Positions 37,124 to 38,353 of a DNA stretch of 38,353 nt are shown here, in pieces. The notes under the pieces are model-generated. The model saw only the letters and a list, made by a program, of their open reading frames with translations. It had not been told where the DNA came from and did not search any database. The first letter of the stretch is position 1. The number at the start of each line of letters is the position of its first letter. The stretch is from Opitutia bacterium. Its GTDB lineage: Bacteria > Verrucomicrobiota > Verrucomicrobiia > Opitutales > T3Sed10-336. The stretch lies in NCBI GenBank assembly GCA_050506795.1, contig JBJHCF010000047.1, positions 1 through 38,353 of the forward strand, written 5' to 3'. The position numbers and the translations under genes were made by a program.

Positions 37124-37828
37124 TCAATTCACCGCAGGCAGACGGAGCGACTGACCGCTTTCCCGGGATGAAAGTTTAAGCAGATAGGGAGCGGCGACCC
37201 TTGCCCAGCGGTCCGGCGTCGGATAGTCGGCCGCTCGCTCGCCATAATGGCTTCGCAGCATATCAGTCTGAACCACACCTGGCTGAAACGGGATGGCCGC
37301 CATACCTTCGGGAAGCTCTTCCGCCAGGCTCTTGGTGAATCCTTCAACCGCGTGTTTGGTGGTGCAGTAAGGACCGATCGCGGCAAACCCGCGCACACCT
37401 GCCCCGGTGCTAATGTTCACAATGACTCCAGTGCCCCGCTCGATCATCGCCGGTACAAAAGCACGGCAAACATTAAAAACGCCGATCACATTTACCTCCC
37501 ATAACGCGCGAAACTCCTCGAGGGGTACCTTCCAGAGCGGTGCGTGCCGGTTGATGATGCCGGCGTTGTTGATCAGTAAATCCGGCGGTCCGTCCCTCTC
37601 CAGACATTTTCTCGCCCAATCAGCAACCGACTGCGGATCGGTCACGTTCACCACAGCATGTTGCTGGTGTCCGCCAGCCTCTCGATTGAGCCAGTCCACC
37701 GCGTCGGCGGATCGTCCGCATCCGCTCACTTGATGTCCCAATCGCCCAAACTCCAACGCAAGAGCCCGACCAAGCCCGCGCGTCGTTCCAGTGATTACAA
37801 TCGACTTGGCATCAGACTCCGGTTCCAA
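37124..37828 (-). CDS. Short-chain dehydrogenase/reductase
   Basis: ITGTTRGLG, INNAG, NIS, YCTTK (YxxxK) and PG motifs; TTG start. Confidence 0.92.
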   Translation of the reverse strand: MEPESDAKSIVITGTTRGLGRALALEFGRLGHQVSGCGRSADAVDWLNREAGGHQQHAVVNVTDPQSVADWARKCLERDGPPDLLINNAGIINRHAPLWKVPLEEFRALWEVNVIGVFNVCRAFVPAMIERGTGVIVNISTGAGVRGFAAIGPYCTTKHAVEGFTKSLAEELPEGMAAIPFQPGVVQTDMLRSHYGERAADYPTPDRWARVAAPYLLKLSSRESGQSLRLPAVN

Positions 37829-37867
37829 AGTAACAATCTCCCACTCGAAAAATTATGAACCCGTAAC

Positions 37868-38353
37868 TCAAAGCTCGTTACTGGTTATCGCATTCTTCTG
37901 AAGATTACGCAAACTGTACATCTCCCGCAATCCCTTTCCCCGCATTCGCACCGCGCCGCTCTTGCGCTTCTTGCCGAACATCCCCGCGTTCTGACGCAAC
38001 ACCTCCTCCACAAACTCTCGCGTCCCGATCGCCGCTCCGGCCGTGAAATAACGCACCCGGCAACGCAACACCTCCGGCAGAGTCAATTCACCCTCCCGCC
38101 CCTTCACCCGCGCCACCACACTCTTGGGCAACCCCTGCCCTTCACCCATCAACGCCGCGTTCGCACGCCCAAACAGGTGCACCCGGTACGCCTTCTGGCA
38201 CTCACGCCAATCCTCCAACTCAAGCATCCGCTGCAACCCCGAACGCGAGGGCAGGCCTCCCCCGCACGCCTCCGCGTAGCCGCACCAGCGGTAGTCCTTC
38301 GGGTCCGTGCATAGCCCCGCACGCACCGCGTTCAGGTCGATGTAACACGACAC
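37868..38353 (-). mobile_element. 3' part of a Y1 (HUH) transposase, REP-associated tyrosine transposase (RAYT)-like; 5' end outside the window
   Basis: YIDLNAVRAG..DP.DYRWCGY matches the YIxxNPVRAG..P.dY.WSsY motif of IS200/RAYT-type enzymes; extended C-terminus RVRYFT.G..IG..FV. The HUH motif is not visible here. Confidence 0.75.

Overview
GC-rich bacterial window. An Opitutae-like Verrucomicrobiota origin is inferred from the H-X9-DG pseudopilin, the DxDGDG..EY..G.NP..RLRV C-terminal domain and the repeat types; it was not verified by search. From left to right: (1) a GTAG-REP tandem array running off the left edge; (2) an 11-gene Mrp/Mbh-type Na+/H+ antiporter operon with three MrpD-like subunits and no full MrpA; (3) a repeat-dense accessory island (about 8.2-15.3 kb) with two convergent Phd/PIN toxin-antitoxin pairs, an internally deleted Rpn-like gene, a lone type IV pilin and an intact Rpn nuclease; (4) a 1482-aa secreted LamG/Ig protein divergent from a pseudopilin; (5) housekeeping genes: spermidine-synthase-like fusion, DEAD-box helicase, exbB/exbD-like, leuCD, TIGR01777 protein, argG, SWIM-SNF2, heparinase-like protein and an SDR; (6) the 3' part of a RAYT-like Y1 transposase at the right edge. 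The most unusual signal is a set of 117-160 bp intergenic elements with conserved ends and unrelated palindromic cores. All alignments were done by eye and no database searches were run.
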